Part shown: one piece after another, positions 1 through 13,999 of the stretch | Layout: each line of letters opens with the position of its first letter | Position numbering within the stretch: the first letter of the stretch is position 1 | NCBI RefSeq assembly: GCF_036321535.1 | Contig: NC_087437.1 | Span: 104,658,001 to 104,722,000, forward strand | Origin: Camelus dromedarius | Lineage: Eukaryota | Direction of reading: 5' to 3' | Length of the DNA stretch: 64,000 nucleotides | Notes under the pieces: model-generated | Database searches by the model: none | Seen by the model: the letters and a program-made list of their open reading frames with translations, nothing else | Told to the model about the DNA's origin: nothing | Position numbers and translations under genes: made by a program

Positions 1-75
1 TTAATTTTTTCCTAATCAAATATACCAATGCTTAGATGTATCCCTCCTTTGTGTTTTTAACTTTTGTTTCCTAGT

Positions 76-431
76 GGGTTATGGCCCCAGTTTGATAAGT
101 GCTTGGTTAAGATGCAAAAGGCATTAAATTTGTACAATAAGATATTTTGAGAGAGACGGAGACCACAGTCACATAACTTTTATTATAGTTAATCATTGTA
201 ATTGTTCTATATTTTAGTTAATGTTGGTCGCTTCCCATGACTAATTTATAAACTTTATCATAGTTGTGTGTGTATATATGTATGTGTATATATATATATG
301 TATATACACACACACACATATATACATATATATGAAGAAACATGGTATATATAAGATTTGGTACTATCCATGGTTTCAGGCATCCACTGGGGGTCTTGGA
401 ATATACCCCCATGGATAAGAGGGGACTACAG
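76..431 (+). mobile_element. MER44/Tigger7-type TcMar DNA transposon fossil (3' part), interrupted by a (TA/TG/CA)n microsatellite
   Basis: Matches the recalled MER44 motifs 'gataagtgcttggttaagatgcaaaaggcattaaatttg', 'aataagatattttgagagaga' and the terminus 'ggtttcaggcatccactgggggtcttggaa...ggataagaggggactac'. Confidence 0.75.
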
Positions 432-1789
432 TTTGCTTTTGTGGAGGTAGGGGTACATTTCAACTTGACTAAGCTTCCTATTCCCCAAATCACTGGTTAA
501 GATATATGACATATTGTGGACATGGGCTAAATTCCACTCAGCAAATTATAGTAAATGACACGGACTAGCTTCTGATTCAGAAAACTTTATGAATAACTCC
601 ACTTTTATTACCTATTGAAGATAATTGTTAAGAATTAGACATGTAGCCCTTTTTATTTGAAATGTAAAGATTAAATTAATTCAAAATTATAATAAATAAA
701 ACAATTATCAGTCCCATTATATCTGTAATAACTTATTTACAGAACTTCTAACATTGTAGCAGCTTGCATTAAAGGATACCTAAATATGATATCCTAATAT
801 CGGGTACTCTGGTAAAAAAGGAAAACATTTTTTCACTGCCTTGCTTAGTGTTCTTGGAAATGCGTTAATTAACCTTTAACACTTCATAAATTATATTTTG
901 TGATGACTTAAGTTGTATCAGTTTTCTTTGCAATTTGGCAATTATTAAAATATACATGTCTCTAAGTAGAAAAGTGTATTTTAATTATATTAATGACCAT
1001 TGTCTAAATAATATGTTTACTGTTGATGTAAATTATTCTGAATGAGTAATTAGAATCTCAAAGAACTTAAGATAACTAAGCTATCCTTTTATTGATCTTC
1101 TAAGAACCGACAAAAACTGTATGCTAATTGTTAAGTTGGAGAATTATTGCCCAGGTATTTTTGGTGGTAACACCATGCAACACCATATGCTAGACAATTG
1201 TAAAACAAACAAATAAAAATCTGAGATGAAACACTTTTATGTGATATTTCCTTTCCATTCAGATACTTATTCAAGACTAATTTGCAGTCTTTTATTCCTG
1301 ATTGCCCAGAGCCATTATTTTTGATTTGGTTGAGCATATTTTATGTGTACAAATAACACAAGCATCCTAACTATACTACAGTGAACAAATTGGATGTTTG
1401 AAGTGAAATAAAGTTTCCGACGATTTTACCCATACACTAGTGAAATAAAAGTGAGTTTCTTGTATTTGTACATGCAAAAAAAAAAAAAAAAAAGAGAGAG
1501 AAAGTCATCTTTTAAAAAATGGTAAACTTTAGGAATAAATAACACTTATGACTAGCCTTTATGATGCCAGGAAAATATATTAAAATATAATCAATGTATT
1601 TATGTTACAGTTACTGACTACTTTGACAAAATGTACTGCAAACTAGGTGTTCTTTTTCTCTTGTACTGCTATTGCTTTGAGAGTAAACAATACATCTATA
1701 TAGATATTTTATATTCTGTCTTTTAATAGAATAATTCACTCTTATTAAAATGACTACTGTTATGTGGTGTCTGAAAGATTAATTTGTCC

Positions 1790-3200
1790 AAAACACTTCC
1801 TGTTTAGCTCTGAATTTATGGACAGTGACCGCTGCTTCAGCTGCTCTTCACAGCCTGAGATCCCAGTTACCTTGCCTCTCCCTACGGGAGCTTCAGGTTA
1901 CATGAAATAGAGACCAGTCCTTTAGGCACCTGGGACAGGTGAGAACATTGTGTAAAATGTCTGCTCTGCTCATTCCCATTCAGGGCAGGGAACTGGGATT
2001 TGGGTTGCCACCTTCTCCAGACCAAGACCACACAAGTTACAGGAAGGAATGGACAAGGGTAAGCAAAACACCACAAAATTTCCTAAGAATTTGAGTGGGA
2101 CTTTTGCTTCACTGGTCATTTGCTTGGTTGCTGTGTACCTTTGAATATTTTTCAGAGTTTCTGTACAGCTATTTTTGCCAGTCTCTAGTTGTTTTTTTGT
2201 GTTTGTTTGTTTCTATGGGAGATTCTGCCTTTCAGTTTTCTAGCCTTCCATCTTAATGATATCACTTGTTGAGGATTTTTGTGTTTATGTTCATGAGAGA
2301 TGTGTACCTGGGAAAAATACAGTCTGGAGTTTTGTTTTCTTGTAGTGTCTTTATCTAAGTTTAGTACTGAGGTGATGCTTGACTCATAGAATAAGGTAGG
2401 AAGTCTTCCTGTGCTGCTTTTTTCTGGAAAAGAATGTGGAGAATTGGTATTATTTCTTTCTTAAATGTTTGGTAGAATTTTATCACTTAAAAAACCTGAG
2501 AATGGAGTTTCTCCTTTTTGTAGGATTATTAATTATTTGTTTAATATTTTAATAATAGAGAATTATTTAGGTTGTTTACTTCTCTTTGTTTTGTTTGTTC
2601 TTTTGTCTTTCAAGGAATTTGTCCATTTCATCTAATTTATCAAACTTGTGGCATTAAGTGATTAGTAACATTCAATTATTAAATATTAGTGTTGATAGGA
2701 TTAAATAGAGATGGCCCTTCTTTCATTTTTGGTTATTTTTGGTAATTTCATTTTCTCTCTTTTTCTAAGTTTGCTAGAGTTCTATCAATTTCATTGATCT
2801 TTTTAATGGAATAACTTTTGGTTTAGTTGATTTTCTGTATCATTATCCTATTTTCTATATGATTGATTTTTTTCACTTTATTTTATAATTTCTCTTTCTC
2901 TATAGGCTTAAATTACAGCAGAGGGTTTGTAGTCAGCAATTCTTGAATTGTAAGTTTATAGAAAAAAATCCAGTTGTTTATTTCAATATTTTTCTTCCCC
3001 ACTCCCTCTCTTCTCATTTGTTCAAATCTGAAGTACACATGTATTAAACCACTTGTTACTTCCCTCTGGTCATTGAAACTCTTTTTTTTTTTTTTTTCCA
3101 TCAAGTTTTAGCCTCTTTTTCCTGAGATTGAATGATATCTATTAAAGTTTCAGTAAACTTTTCTTCCTGATTTTCTGATGCTCCTAGTGATATATTGACA
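1790..3200 (-). mobile_element. Old, highly diverged L1 (L1M) fragments
   Basis: T-rich strand with L1 ORF2 antisense motifs such as 'ttaaatgtttggtagaatt' and 'aaggaatttgtccatttcatctaattt'. Boundaries are approximate. Confidence 0.6.
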
Positions 3201-5958
3201 TTTCTGTAAATATATTTATGTAAGCATTTACCATATAGCCTAATTTAAAGTGTTTCATAATTTTGAAATGCCTTTCCATAGAAAGGCTCTCCACTATGAG
3301 TAATTTACTACATTCACAGACAACTTTTTGACTTTTAAGTACTGGCTAAATTAGCCATCACATCTCATATTCCATTTGATAATGAAAAAGAGAGAAACTA
3401 CATAGTTAAATTAATGGGTAAATTGAATGAAGATGCTTCAATTTGAGGAAGGTTAAAGGTAAATTGTCTCTGTTTTAATGACGCAGGTTTCTTTATCCTA
3501 TGTTCTGATTCAAGGAGTTAATGGTGAGACACTACCAAATAATTAAGATTTCCAACTTTAAATCATCTGGGTCAGGCTCAATCTAGGTCATGGGTTAAGC
3601 CTGAAGTTAAATTTTCCTTCTAGTTTTGAAATATGAAGATTCCTCCTTCAGTTTATCTAGCAAGTCTCAAGAATTTTATTAGATACAGTAGAAATCCAGA
3701 TTTTCTAGCCTGAAACTAAGTTCATGACTCAAATTTATGTCTCTTTCATGCCGTATCAGGTGAGCAAATGTCAAGTACTAAAAGGGACCAAATGCTGCGT
3801 GCCACTCACCCCCTGTTTCCCCTGGCAAAATAGAAAGGGGACGTGCCTGATCTCTATCATGAACTATGAGGTTGAATGGTATAATCACATTACTAGGAAA
3901 AATTTTTTTACAATCTTGGGGTTACATACTTTTTTTTTTTTAGGTAGAATAGTAGTGGGAGTGTCAACTCTTGTGTGCAGTGGTGCTGGGAATCATACTC
4001 TTGAAGGAAATCTTATGTTGACCATGAAAGATAAATATAACCATTTCAATCTTCACATAAAAAATAAAATTAATTGTATATAAATTAAATAAATGTAATT
4101 TTTAAAATGTAAGCAATTAAATTTGCAAATTTAAGTGAATATCTTATTCTGAATTATAGAAATACATTTTAACTTTATGAGCTCTGTAGAAAGAACACAG
4201 AAGTCTAATGCAGTGGATAGTAAAATAATATTATCACATATTTATTAAATGTAATATCTACAATTTAAACCATAAAAAAATTTAAAAAACAGAGACAGGG
4301 TCAAAAATCACATGAGTAGCTTGAGGCAAAATTATTAGCCTCAAAATTAATAATTTATTAGGAGAAATTAGCAGTTTGAAGATCAATTATTTTGGTCCCA
4401 TGTTCCCCAGTCTGAAATCACCTTGCCATAGCTTTACAAGTTGCAGAAAATCTTAACCAAACATGTTGGCTGAACTGTAGTCTGGCATCTTGATGGCAGC
4501 TCTGCTTGTACGGTGTTAGCTACCTATCCAATGCAGTTACATTTCACATGGAAGATAAAGATGTAAAAAAAATTTATGCTATTAATTCTTTGGTGAGTAG
4601 TAGAGAGCGAAAATATGTAAGTTGAATATGTTAGGTGTGCCTATCATCAAACAATTCTGATAAATAAGTGAATTTTTATAATCAGCAAAAATTAATCTTT
4701 ATATATTTAATGAAATATTGAGTATCATAGAACACAAATGCCAACCTGATCAAAAATGAGCAGACCTAAATTTTAGGATAGAGACTAAGTTTCCAGTAAC
4801 AAGTTTCCTGAAAGGGAAAGGAAATGTCTCATCTGGTTTTTATTTTCTTATCTTTTGTTTTGCTTTTATTGTTGTCTGTTGTTTTGTTTTAATTTCTGAC
4901 ATTCCAAAACCAATATTTGGGAAAGCAACATATTGCATGAAATAATTCCCACAGAACTGATGCTCATATTTCTTTCACATGAACTCATTTTAAGCTTATG
5001 TGTATGTGTGTTTCTGTCTACATAGGCACATATATATGCCATAAACATAAATTCACATATATGTGTCAGTCCTGTCATTTGTCCCACTCTGTATAGATTT
5101 CAAAGGTTAATATTTATTTAACAGTCTGATCATAATCATAATGAATTAGGTCCTAATCATAGTGATTTAAGACACAGTCAACATACTAGAACTGGGATTG
5201 AGCACACCTATGTTTGAAAACCGACATATAAGTGTATAAGCACATTGTTCAGAGTGGGACTGACTTTTATAGATATTCTTTACAATTTTCTATGGAAATA
5301 TAGTCCCCATTTGAGTGACGATGCTTCCAGATGCTTTATCTGAGATTGCAAACTTTCATGTCAAATCATGTCATCCATAGCAACTCTGGATTTTATAGAT
5401 GTTTTTTAAACACTGCCAATGATAGATAATTCCTATATGACTAGATTTGACCCCCAAAAGAATTTTTGATAGACTGCAAATTTGTTTTATATATTTGCAA
5501 AAGAGAGCTTGCTTGCTTGCTTGCTTGCTTTTTTTTTTTTTTTTTTGGCTTTCTTCAGCCAAATTGAGTTTCTAAAGGGACAATTTCTTTGAATAATTAA
5601 AAGGAATTGTCTCTTCTTCAGACTTAGATTCCTACCGAATTAGTTGGAGCTTTGAAGATTTGTGGGTTTTGCATTTCTTTTCTGTACTGAATACTCGCTT
5701 GTGATGCTTGTCATGTCAGAAGTCCTTCCTGCCTGCAGCTGAGGGAAATGTGTGCAGCTGCGTGATAACCCACTCATAAAGGAAATCAGAGCCCTCTCTC
5801 CCACCAAATACCAAACAAACAAATATGTATTTACACATTCAGAAATCAGTAAGAAGACAGTGTTTTTACCAAGGTCTAACAAAATTAAATTCATTATAAT
5901 TATACATAGCTGATATATGTCAATGAGAATTTGACCTAAACTTTGGTACTTTGAGGTC

Positions 5959-6048
5959 TACACATGTGTACACAAATCTAGAATATAAATTCTAGGTTTG
6001 TTTTATATTCTAGAATATAAATCTAGAATATAAAACAAATATGTATTT
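5959..6048. repeat. Nested palindrome and short direct-repeat cluster
   Basis: Perfect 20-bp palindrome at 6002-6021, 18-bp inverted arms at 5997-6014 and 6022-6039, and three copies of TCTAGAATATAAA. Confidence 0.85.
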
Positions 6049-9000
6049 GTTCATTTGGGCTCTTCACCTGCTTCATGAAGGAAAAAGATCACCTTGGAAA
6101 TAAGTCATTTCCAAGAAAAAAGGATGGGTGCTAAGGTTTTTTATCAAGGATAATATAGCAGCATTGTAAAAGGCTTATTTTAAAACAGACTGTCTATTAC
6201 TCTTTTTGCCTTTAGTTTTTTGCCCTAAGTGGACTTATTCCTGAGTCTTACAATGATAGGATTGCATTTAATGAGTAAGAAAAACTGAAAAGATTGGTTC
6301 AGCAAAAATTACAGTAGACGCTAAGGTCCAGTTTTCAAGCACCATTGTGGTGGAGACTTTGGGAGAATCATACAGGTGCCAGCATGTTTAGGGCTTCTGG
6401 AGAAATGCCCTCAGCGCAGATGTCATACTAAGTAGCTCAGTCTTCGGTTATACTGGCATGAATAGAAGCTCCGGTAGCGTGTCTGCACAGGCATTGCCTT
6501 TGGCAGGCACCAGCCCTTGGATATTACTCCAGCAGAGAGGAAAAAAAGGGAGGAGAGTAAATAAGAAAATTCATAATTGTTGTATGCAAGCCAAGAGGAC
6601 TGATGACTATTTGATGCAGCACAAGTAAAATGACCTCTGAATTGCCTTCAGTTTATTAGGGATGTGTTTGATTGGGGCTGAAGTGACAATAAACAGACAT
6701 TGGCTAAGCCAGCAGGATTTTTGTGTGTGTGTGTGTGCCCAACGTTCAAAGCTGTTCCAGATATTTTATAGGCTGTTGGCTCTCAGGTCTCATTTTAAAG
6801 TTCCTTGCATTGTCCATTGCATTTTCCTAGGAGCCTAACAAGTCACAACTGAAGTGGAAGGTTATTTGTATCAAAAATTATTTGTGTGTTAGTGCATGTG
6901 CCTACGTGCATATAATTCTAAGAGCAGAGTTTCTATTAAATATTTACTACTATTTGAACTAAAAGTGCCAATGGTAATTCATCTCACAGAGAGCAGCATA
7001 AATTTTAAAATAGAATAGCAGGTACCAGGTTTAAAACTAAAGGAAAAGTTTTTGTTTGTTGTTTTAGATGGACTGGGAAAGCCAGTGTCCCTGATAAAAT
7101 TATTTTATCTCAACTGTAATACATTTCAAAATTAACCTACTTAAATTAGTATTTTTAAAATTTATAGACAAATCACAGAAAAAGATACATTGCTAGATAT
7201 TTGTGCTAAATTAGTTTGCTCCAAAGGGGACATCCATGAAGAATTTTGTTTTGTTATTGTTACAGACTTCAGCAAATGCAAATGGAGATTGTTAAAATAA
7301 GCTACATTAAAATCAATTCAGTAAAAATCTGAACAATTTATATCTAGTCTAACATCATCAATAAATATTTTTGAGTTTTATCTAATATTTGAAAATGCAG
7401 TATATTACTCATAAGTGTTTATGATATTAAATTAAATGAAAATAATAAAAATGAAAGTATGTTAGATATGAGAAAATATTTACTCAATAATAATTTCTCT
7501 AGACATTGAAATTTTATATGTATAGAACTAAAATACCTTTATGGGTGGTAAAATAAATAAGTTAAATAGCAGTAATAAGGTACTTAATTTAAAACCCTAC
7601 CTAATACTATTTCACCAAAAATGAGATCTACAAAGCTTCTATTAAGATATAATAAATGCTACATAAAAAAATGAAAAGTAAGCCTTAAAATCATGTTCAA
7701 ATAAAAATATTTTTCATAAATCTATTTAATTCCTCTAAAATCATAATTTATCTCTTTATGATATTCCTAACACCAAATTTCAGCTTCTTATTATAATGCT
7801 ATAATGTTCATAATGGTAAGCTAATGTCTTGATTTAAAAAGTATTATAATACATAAAATATCATAATGCTATAAATTAATAGTGTTACCTACATATGGTC
7901 TACATGTGTTCATACATGTTAGGGGGGTGTGTGGGTGTGGATGAGCATTTACATTCCCTTCTCTCACAGTCATCCTATATATGACCACTACCGTCTGAAT
8001 CCCTAGGTTCCTCTTTCAGAACTAGCTCTTAATCAAGTGCTCTGAGGATGGTTCTCCCTGAGAATTTTACAGGTCTGTCCTCAAACTGATAGTTAGCCTG
8101 GCCCTCGAGATGCCCTAGTGTCACAGTTGGGAGTGCAGTGGATGCCTCAGTCCTGATAGTGATCATGGCTTTTGAACTTAAATTCTCCAAAATCAAGAAT
8201 TTACACTAAAGAGCAGAACCAAACAAGAGCCTAGCAAAGATGGCTTCCGACAAAATGCTTTATTTATTAGTTGGGTCTTTTTATGTTTGCCCTGGGAGTC
8301 CAGCAGGACAATGATTTCTGAAACAGTTTCAACTGTGTCTTTGATCTTACCCAGGGTAATCTTGTTTTTAAGGATGATTGGCTTCTTTACTTTAACTTTT
8401 AATTTTATGATTTATTTAAGACTACTACATTTAAGTTTTAAAGTTGACAGTCTAAATTATGAAGTCACAGTATCGACATGATCAGGGGTTCATAAGGCAA
8501 GATAAAATTTTATTTCGTATTTCTGGCAACATTCATGATGAAAACAATCTGGATTTTCAAGCATTAAGAAAACAAGAGAATAGATAATACAAAGGAGCAA
8601 GGAGTTCTGATAAGAAAGAAAGAAAATAGGTCTTAAATGTGAAAGGCAGGGAGAAAAACGAAACTGATAAGCATAGAGTGAATAGGAAAGAATAAAAGGA
8701 AATAGAAAGGCCATTTCATAAGAGAAATTCCTCTCCTTAAAAATAATGGTTTTCAGCAGAAAGCAAGGGCAGAGAAATTGAGAACTCTGGAAAAGGTCAA
8801 TAATCCAGTTAGGAGCTGCTTGTCTCTGAGTAGTCATGTGCCTGGTCTGAGAAATTGGGCACCCACAGCAAACCACCAACTTGGTGCCCCTTTAAATTAA
8901 TGATCTTTAAAAAACAAAGATCTCTAACATTTTCTTAGTGAGGGAAGGGAGAACTTGAGAATTTTTCCTCTACAAAGCACAGATAAATAACATTATATAA

Positions 9001-11599
9001 AATAAGAAATCAGTTATGTGTATTGAAATGTAGTATTAAAAATTACCCTATTTTGGATTATCTTGATATCATGAATTTTTTGAATAGACAGTCCCTGGAA
9101 ACACACATGAAAAGCTTCAACAGATAATAAATCACTTATTCACATAAACAATACTGGGTGTACTGCTTACAGACTGTAGTCCTGTTCTCTTATATAGGCA
9201 TGGTAGGGACGTTATACTGTTATTAAAGGATGTGAAAATGCTTAAAGCTGTACTGGATAATTGCTAAGTATAAGAAATACTAATTATTATTAAATTCGAT
9301 TGTTAAATGTATCTAACGTGTATATGGTGCAGTTGCCTTTATATTACAAAAACACTCAAAACAAGAAACTCATATGAGTCTCTACTTGGGGGATTAGAAC
9401 CTTTCAGAGGAAAGGAATCTATCTATATTTCACTGGTTATCTAAGGAATGAATGTGGATATCTGAGTCTGCCTAACAGATCAATACAGAGAAAACTGACT
9501 GAGTGATGGGAAAAGAAAGGAAGTATTGGCAAAACCAGTTGAATCATAAGGTGGTTCTAGTCTTACTTTTATGTGTGCCAGTGAATCCATACTTGCTTAA
9601 GTCAGATTTATCTGGATTGTTAATCACCTGGAACTGAGAGATTCCTTAGTTTCAGTATTCCTGAAAAATTCAAGAGGTACTCAATGGGAGTATTTGATTG
9701 TATACCTATGCTTCATCCATCAAAGGGCCTCAGAAAGCACTAGGAAATAGTTTTCCAATCAATGAATGATCAAATGAATGAAAAGACACAAAGATAACCT
9801 ACACCAACCTTGATTTTAAAATATGAAGTTCCCCGAACTGGGTGAAGGATAAATAGGATTTCTCTGTGTTGTTATAACTGAATGTGAATCCACAATTTTC
9901 TCAAAAACTTAATACAAATAATAACTTCAAGTCTCCTAAGCATAATGCACGTACTTACCGAAAACCGCTTCGACAGTGGTTTTACTCTGGAAGTACAGGA
10001 TATAATCACCCACTCATATCACACTATTCTAATTTTGATACACAAGTAAATCCCTTGAAAAATAAATTGTAATTTTTTTTCAGAGTTGCACCAGACTTAC
10101 TTTCTTGTGGAAATCATAGTGAGAAGGACACACTATGTGTCACAAGAGATAGAAGTACAATCTCTGGGGAGAACACATTGACTGCATTAGTATAATGGGA
10201 TAGAAGAGATGTTTGCTGTATTAAAAAATGTCCATCCCAAAGTTTCTCTTTCTTATGGAGAAAAGACTAGAAGACTGTTTATGTACAACTTCAATTTAGG
10301 AATTAAATCTGCAATCTATTAATCCTGAGGCAGGAGATAATGTGATTGAGAAAAAATTATAATGTGAGATCCAAATTGCCATACTTGCCATGTGGAACAG
10401 CAGTGTAGTATATTTTATGTTCATAATTTTCAAAGAAAAATCTCTATGTACCATTTTGAATATGGTGGTGCAAACATAAGTACCTGCTCATTATCTTTTC
10501 AGATTCTTTCCAAATGGATCCATCTTTGATAGAGCTGTAACAAATTCAGTTTATTTTTACATTGAAGGTTTATACAAAGTATCATAAAATATGTTTTACA
10601 GAGATTTAAAACAATGAGAAATACCTCATTGTGCTGAGTGTAGTGTCTGACATGTACTAACAGAAGATAGTCTGCAGATAAATCAGCATGTAAGAAAAAC
10701 ATTGAAATTTAAGACCGTTTCTGATTAAAATAACTCTTTCATTCTCTGTTTGAAGTTGAGGGGATTAAAAGGGGATATATATTTAATAATAAAATAAAGA
10801 AAGGAAGAAGGAAACATAAAGGTACAATGCAACACAAAGTAGTTCAATGAGAAAGAATGTTTTATTCCAAACACTTGGGCATATTTATTTTAAATTGAGG
10901 AATTGTCCACATATAATAATAGTCAAAATGTACATTTCAGTGTGCTTTGACAAATGGATAAAATTCTGTAATTGCCTCTACACTGAGTTAGACCTAAAGT
11001 TGGATGAGAAGTTTGTGGACATTGATTGAGGTTGGCCTGGTACAGACAATATCTAAGAGCACAAGCTAGACAAGAAGTCTTCCCTTTGGAGCAGCAACCG
11101 ACATAGGGTTAGAACTTGAGAAGGAGTAAGAGGGCATCCATGAGCAGAGACTGCCAACTGTGGGTTGTCAGAGGCTAATCGAAACGTGAGTGCACCCACG
11201 TGGGAAGTGGCCCAGCTCACACTGTGGAACTTGTGTGGTTAAAGGTTATCTGTGTGGGGGAGAAAGTGAAGGAGGCAGTGAGAGACGGGTTACATGCAGG
11301 AGTATTGATGAAATAAGGACATGTATTAATGAGAACAGAAACCAGGTTTCTCACTGATAAGGAATAGAGTTGCAAATCTGGAAGGTCGGGGGAGTGCTAT
11401 AATATCAATGTTGTTCTAAGTTGACCAGTTACAGCTAATTAATTTAATATAGCCATATGAACCTCCAACATTTTTTCCAGAGGATAAACACCTTAAAATA
11501 ATATATTCTGTCATTGCTTGTATACTTAGAGTTTGAATACATTTCCAGAAGAAGTACATTATGTTTTTTAATTACAAGCAAAACTTTATAAGGCAATGA

Positions 11600-12440
11600 T
11601 AGCTGACCAACCTGAGGTCATCCTTGGCTACAGTTTGCCTCTCAAATTCTATATGCAGTCTGTCAGTGTATCTGATTCATTTTACCCCCAAAACATATCG
11701 AAAATATGAACTCTTCTCAAGTACTTTTACTGCTACCGTCTTGATTCAGGATGACATTACCTCTCGCCAATATAACATTATATCTTATCCCAATACTTAC
11801 ACTATTTCCCCCTATGATAAAGTCTCCACTTAGCAGCCAGAGTGATCCTCTTGAACTTGAGTCAATATGTGTCATTTCTCTGCTCCAAACTATGTCATGG
11901 CTCAGTATTTCTAACAGAATTAAAGCAAAGGCTTATATACCCTACATAAGAAATTTCACCACCCTGACCTCAGTAACCACTCTTCCTCTTACTCTTTTTA
12001 GGCACATTCTCCTTCTTGCTGTTCCACATATGCTTCTCCCACAGACTATTTATACTGGCTGTGCCCTCTGCTAATGATACATGACATCCTCATAGCTAAT
12101 TCTTTTCTGTCCTTTGTTATCTGTGGTTAAGTCATATCTTAGTGGGGCTTCCCTGACCACACTATTTAAAATTACAACCTAGCATTCTTCTGAATCTTGA
12201 CATTTCCAATCCCATGTACCTTGCACTACTTTCCTATGGCACATTTAGTAGGTGCCTCCTAACATACTGTATAATTTGCGAGTGTATTATTTCAAATGCT
12301 TATGGCCTGTCTCCCCACAAAAAAAAATGCGAGCTTATACCGAAAGTATTTTAATTTATTCTGTGTACTAGAATATCGCAAGAAACTATTCCATATTAAG
12401 GTATTTGAGTATTTATGAATATTATTGAATGAATAAGTGG
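11600..12440 (+). mobile_element. L2 (LINE-2) 3' fragment
   Basis: L2 motifs 'cagcagccagagtgatcc', 'atgtgtcatttctctgctccaaac' and 'cttccctgaccacactatttaaaatt', ending in 'ttgaatgaataa'. Confidence 0.7.
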
Positions 12441-13999
12441 ATCCTTCTGAATTTTTTTTATCATTTCTAATATCCAGATACAGGCCTGTAAGTTAATAAA
12501 ATATTAATGGTTCAGAGTTTGCTCTAATGGGGAATTTATGTCACTTAGATTTAAAAACAATGAATCATCATTGTATATGATCGTTTTGACTTGTTTATGG
12601 TGGATATGGCAAACCGTTGCTAACAAAAATAACATTTTGTAATACTGTGAGGAAATGTCTGATGTCTTTATTATCTGCTACTTAATTACAAAAGATAAAA
12701 TCATTTACTGTAATAGTTATCTATAATTTATATGCATGCTTAGAGAAGAATTCAAGATCATGCAGTACTGTTACAAATATTGAACATAATTTTTCTTTTA
12801 TTTACTGTGAAATACATCCTATGGTTTGCTGCAATAAAATCATATATTTATATCAAGAATATTTCTTTATACACAACACAGAACTTTTATAGATCATAAT
12901 TATTGATCAGAATAATTGACCACAATCCTCTCATTTTAACATGTATGATTCAAATGTTAACATTTTTAATTTAGTAACATATAATTGATTAGATCAAACC
13001 CCCTGGTTTTGATTCAGTCAGCTAGCAGCATTCAGCATTTATCATTTGACCAGAGATAAGCAAATCCTTTAAATTCTAAAATTGAGAAACTGTTCCTCCT
13101 ATTCTGAAAAATAAACCTAACATTTCAGTATGTCTCTCTGAAAACAAAATTGTCTTGAGTTAAATTGGCATTCTTTCTCAATAGATATCTCCTCTTCAGA
13201 AGAATTACCCATTTTTCTTTACTTCCTATGCATTTTATTAACCATATGAAAGTTAACTGACAATTATATCTCAGTAATAATGTTCAAGGCACAAAAAAAT
13301 TAGCTTCTCTTTAAAGTGATAGTGACGCAGTGGAGTTAATCTAAAACTGTGATAACACAGCCACAATATAGGTATGAAAATATATCTATATTATATCTGT
13401 ATCTACATACTTCAGCATTTTAAAGCTAATACAAGAAAAGATTGACAAGGGTATCTAACTTTTTAGTTAACAGAGGATATGAGGAAAAAAGTGAAAACCC
13501 ACTGACATTTCCAATCTCACTTATCCTATTTTATTTTCCTGTAACATATGAAACAATACAATTACCAACATTTGGAAATCAAATAACTCTCTTGGTATTA
13601 ACTGGTAAGTTAAAGAGCAGTTGTTCTGGAATTATGAAATATTTATGGCATTTAAGAGATAACTTATCCCAGAAAGGGAACGGGCTTTCTACTGAGCTCT
13701 ATGGAAATCAGCTATGGAGTAGTGCTTTAGCAGGTGACTTCCACGGCTGGAATTCATTCAGCTGTGTGGGCATGGAAGCGGCTGGTTCTTTCCCAGCTGT
13801 GAATACTAATTAGGTAGAAGTGGGCTGGAAACTAAGTTCCTGCTACATTTTATTGCAACCCTGAGGCTTGGAGTACAACTCTTATCACTGCAGCAGAGGG
13901 ACCTAATGCTTTTCCAATCATATAGTTTATAAAATGCGTACAGTAAGGTAGTCCCTTTAAGTGGGGCCTTATTTTATACCTGGATACCATCCTCAAAGT

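Noticed and set aside
5977..6034. CRISPR-like or other prokaryotic repeat system
   Set aside because: The sequence is mammalian, the repeats are irregular with no unique spacers, and there are no cas genes.
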